Shown here one piece after another: positions 62,210 to 64,000 of a DNA stretch of 64,000 nucleotides. The first letter of the stretch is position 1. Each line of letters opens with the position of its first letter. The translations under genes and the position numbers were made by a program. The notes under the pieces were generated by a model. That model did no database searches. It had not been told where the DNA came from and worked only from the letters and a program-made list of their open reading frames with translations. Source of the stretch: an uncultured delta proteobacterium (GTDB lineage: Bacteria > Desulfobacterota > Binatia > JACPRU01); the NCBI GenBank assembly GCA_963745025.1, contig CAVUWD010000020.1, positions 128,001 to 192,000 of the forward strand. Direction: 5' to 3'.

Positions 62210-63693
62210 GCGGGGCGGACGAATCCCGAGGCCTTTCGCTCGACGAGTTGCCCCTCTTCGAGCGCGGATCGGGCGGCCGGCGCGGTTACACGCTGCCTTT
62301 GCTTGCCGAGCGCGAGCGCGACGCTGAGTCGCTTCCCGCGGAGCTTTGCCGCGATGATCTCGACGACTTCCCCGAGCTCTCCGAGATGGAGGTGGTGCGC
62401 CATTTCCTTCGCTTGTCGCAGTGGAACTTCAGCGCCGCGACGAACTTCTATCCACTGGGCTCCTGCACGATGAAGTACAACCCGGTGCTGAACGAGAAGA
62501 TCGCGCGTCTGTCGGGCTTCGCCGAGCTCCATCCGCTGACGCCGACGCCGGCGGCGCAAGGAGCGCTCGAGCTGATGGCGAGGCTCGAAGCGCTGCTCGC
62601 CGAGGTGAGCGGCATGGACGCGGTGAGCCTGCAGCCCGCCGCGGGAGCCCACGGGGAGCTCGCGGGCATGAAGATGATCCGCGCGCACCACGTGAGCCGC
62701 GGAAGCCCGCGGCGGAAGGTCTTGATTCCGCAGAGCGCCCACGGCACGAATCCCGCGAGCTCGGCGCTCTGCGGTTATCGGGTCGTGCCGGTTGCCTCGA
62801 ACGACGAGGGGATGATCGATCCTGCGGCCGTCGCACCCCTGGTCGATGCCGAGACGGCGGCAATCATGGTCACCAACCCGAACACGCTCGGGCTCTTCGA
62901 GAAGGACATCGTGCGCATCGCCGGTGCGGTTCACGAGAAGGGGGGCCTCGTCTATTTCGACGGCGCGAACATGAATGCGCTCCTCGGGGTGGCCAAGCCG
63001 GGACACATGGGCGCGGACGTCCTGCAATTCAACTTGCACAAGACGTTCTCGACGCCGCACGGTGGAGGCGGACCGGGCGCCGGACCCGTGGCGGTGAAGC
63101 GGGTACTGGCCGACTACTTGCCGGTGCCGCGCCTCGTTCGCGGGGAGGCCGGCTACCGCCTGAGCGACGACTTCCCGAAGTCGATCGGCCGGATCCGAGC
63201 GTTCTTCGGTAACTTCGGCATGCTGGTCCGCGCCTACGCGTACATGATCTCGCTCGGCGGCGACGGCATGCGATGGGCGACGCAGATGGCCATCCTCAAC
63301 GCCAATTACGTGCGCAAGCGTCTCGAAGGCGTGCTCGAGCTCGCCTACCATGGCCCGTGCCTCCACGAATGCGTATTCTCAGACTCGAAGCTCGAGCCGC
63401 TCGGTATCAAGACATTGGATCTCGCCAAGCGACTCCTCGACTACGGCTTCTACGCGCCCACGATCTATTTCCCGCTGATCGTCAGCGGCGCCATCATGAT
63501 CGAGCCGACGGAATCGGAGACCCGCGAGACGCTCGACGAGTTCATCGCCGCCGTGGAGGCGATCGTCGGCGAGGCTCGCGAGCACCCCGAGCGGGTGAAG
63601 AACGCGCCGCACCGCACACGCGTCTCTCGCCTCGATGAGGTGCGCGCCGCGCGTCAGCCGAAGCTCCGCTGGCGCAAAGCGAGCATCGAATGA
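62206..63693 (+). CDS. gcvPB: Glycine dehydrogenase subunit 2
   Basis: PLGSCTMKYNP, HGTNPAS, NLHKTFSTPHGGGGPG, MIEPTESE. Confidence 0.97.
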   Translation: MSGADESRGLSLDELPLFERGSGGRRGYTLPLLAERERDAESLPAELCRDDLDDFPELSEMEVVRHFLRLSQWNFSAATNFYPLGSCTMKYNPVLNEKIARLSGFAELHPLTPTPAAQGALELMARLEALLAEVSGMDAVSLQPAAGAHGELAGMKMIRAHHVSRGSPRRKVLIPQSAHGTNPASSALCGYRVVPVASNDEGMIDPAAVAPLVDAETAAIMVTNPNTLGLFEKDIVRIAGAVHEKGGLVYFDGANMNALLGVAKPGHMGADVLQFNLHKTFSTPHGGGGPGAGPVAVKRVLADYLPVPRLVRGEAGYRLSDDFPKSIGRIRAFFGNFGMLVRAYAYMISLGGDGMRWATQMAILNANYVRKRLEGVLELAYHGPCLHECVFSDSKLEPLGIKTLDLAKRLLDYGFYAPTIYFPLIVSGAIMIEPTESETRETLDEFIAAVEAIVGEAREHPERVKNAPHRTRVSRLDEVRAARQPKLRWRKASIE

Positions 63694-64000
63694 ACTCTGG
63701 CCGCGCGTGGTGTCTCTCGGCGTCGGTTTTCGTCGGTGCGGCGGCGTGCAGCTCCCACGTATCTCCGAGCGCCGTCTCATGGCGCGCGGACGCGCCCGTC
63801 ATAGCGCCCGCGGAATCGCCGCCGGACGGGAGCGGCGACGGCGTCTTGATCGTCGCGACCGACAGAGACGAGACGCAGATCGGCAGCAACTACTACTACG
63901 CCGTCCGCCGACCCTACGAGATCCATGGGGCCGACGGACAGCTCGTCGCTCGGATTCAGAACCAAGGGTGGCGACAGGGAGAGGAGCCGGAAAAGATCCT
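63690..64000 (+). CDS. Putative lipoprotein, 3'-truncated by the window edge
   Basis: ATG overlaps the gcvPB stop; MNSGRAWCLSASVFVGAAAC-SSH lipobox-like; frame is open to the end of the window. Confidence 0.55.
   Translation, partial: MNSGRAWCLSASVFVGAAACSSHVSPSAVSWRADAPVIAPAESPPDGSGDGVLIVATDRDETQIGSNYYYAVRRPYEIHGADGQLVARIQNQGWRQGEEPEKI

Overview
High-GC bacterial chromosome segment with Deltaproteobacteria-like gene order, possibly Candidatus Binatia (taxonomy inferred from synteny only). It is probably a long-read MAG, because several conserved genes (alaS, rsmE, a TPP enzyme, a CinA-like gene, a diiron protein) carry indels. Housekeeping blocks: deoxyhypusine synthase-cysQ-nit-moeA; pgpA; cinA-thpR-recA-pilT-recX-alaS-phoH-ybeY-prfB (programmed +1 frameshift); rpsU-cvpA-dnaG-GNAT-tRNA(CAT)-Zn ribbon, without rpoD; prmA-rsmE-gshB-tRNA-Phe; ald; folD-gcvT-gcvH-gcvPA-gcvPB. 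The accessory middle holds a bufferin-type MNIO (DUF692) RiPP cluster, a porin-SIMPL-OPT operon, redox enzymes and a diguanylate cyclase. Signals not explained by the gene list: (1) tandem NrdR boxes stranded between two convergent genes with no ribonucleotide reductase nearby; (2) a structured ~300-nt leader before the deoxyhypusine synthase, with a terminator whose loop is complementary to the RBS; (3) a ~60-bp repeat in four copies, all in divergent intergenic regions; (4) a decayed heme/FMN-binding/ApbE flavinylation cluster and other internally deleted gene remnants; (5) an ABM-DsbA fusion, a lipase-fold protein with Ala in place of the catalytic Ser, and a GcvH with a long acidic tail. 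No CRISPR array, rRNA, integrase or transposase was seen. All family assignments come from motifs read by eye, not from database searches.
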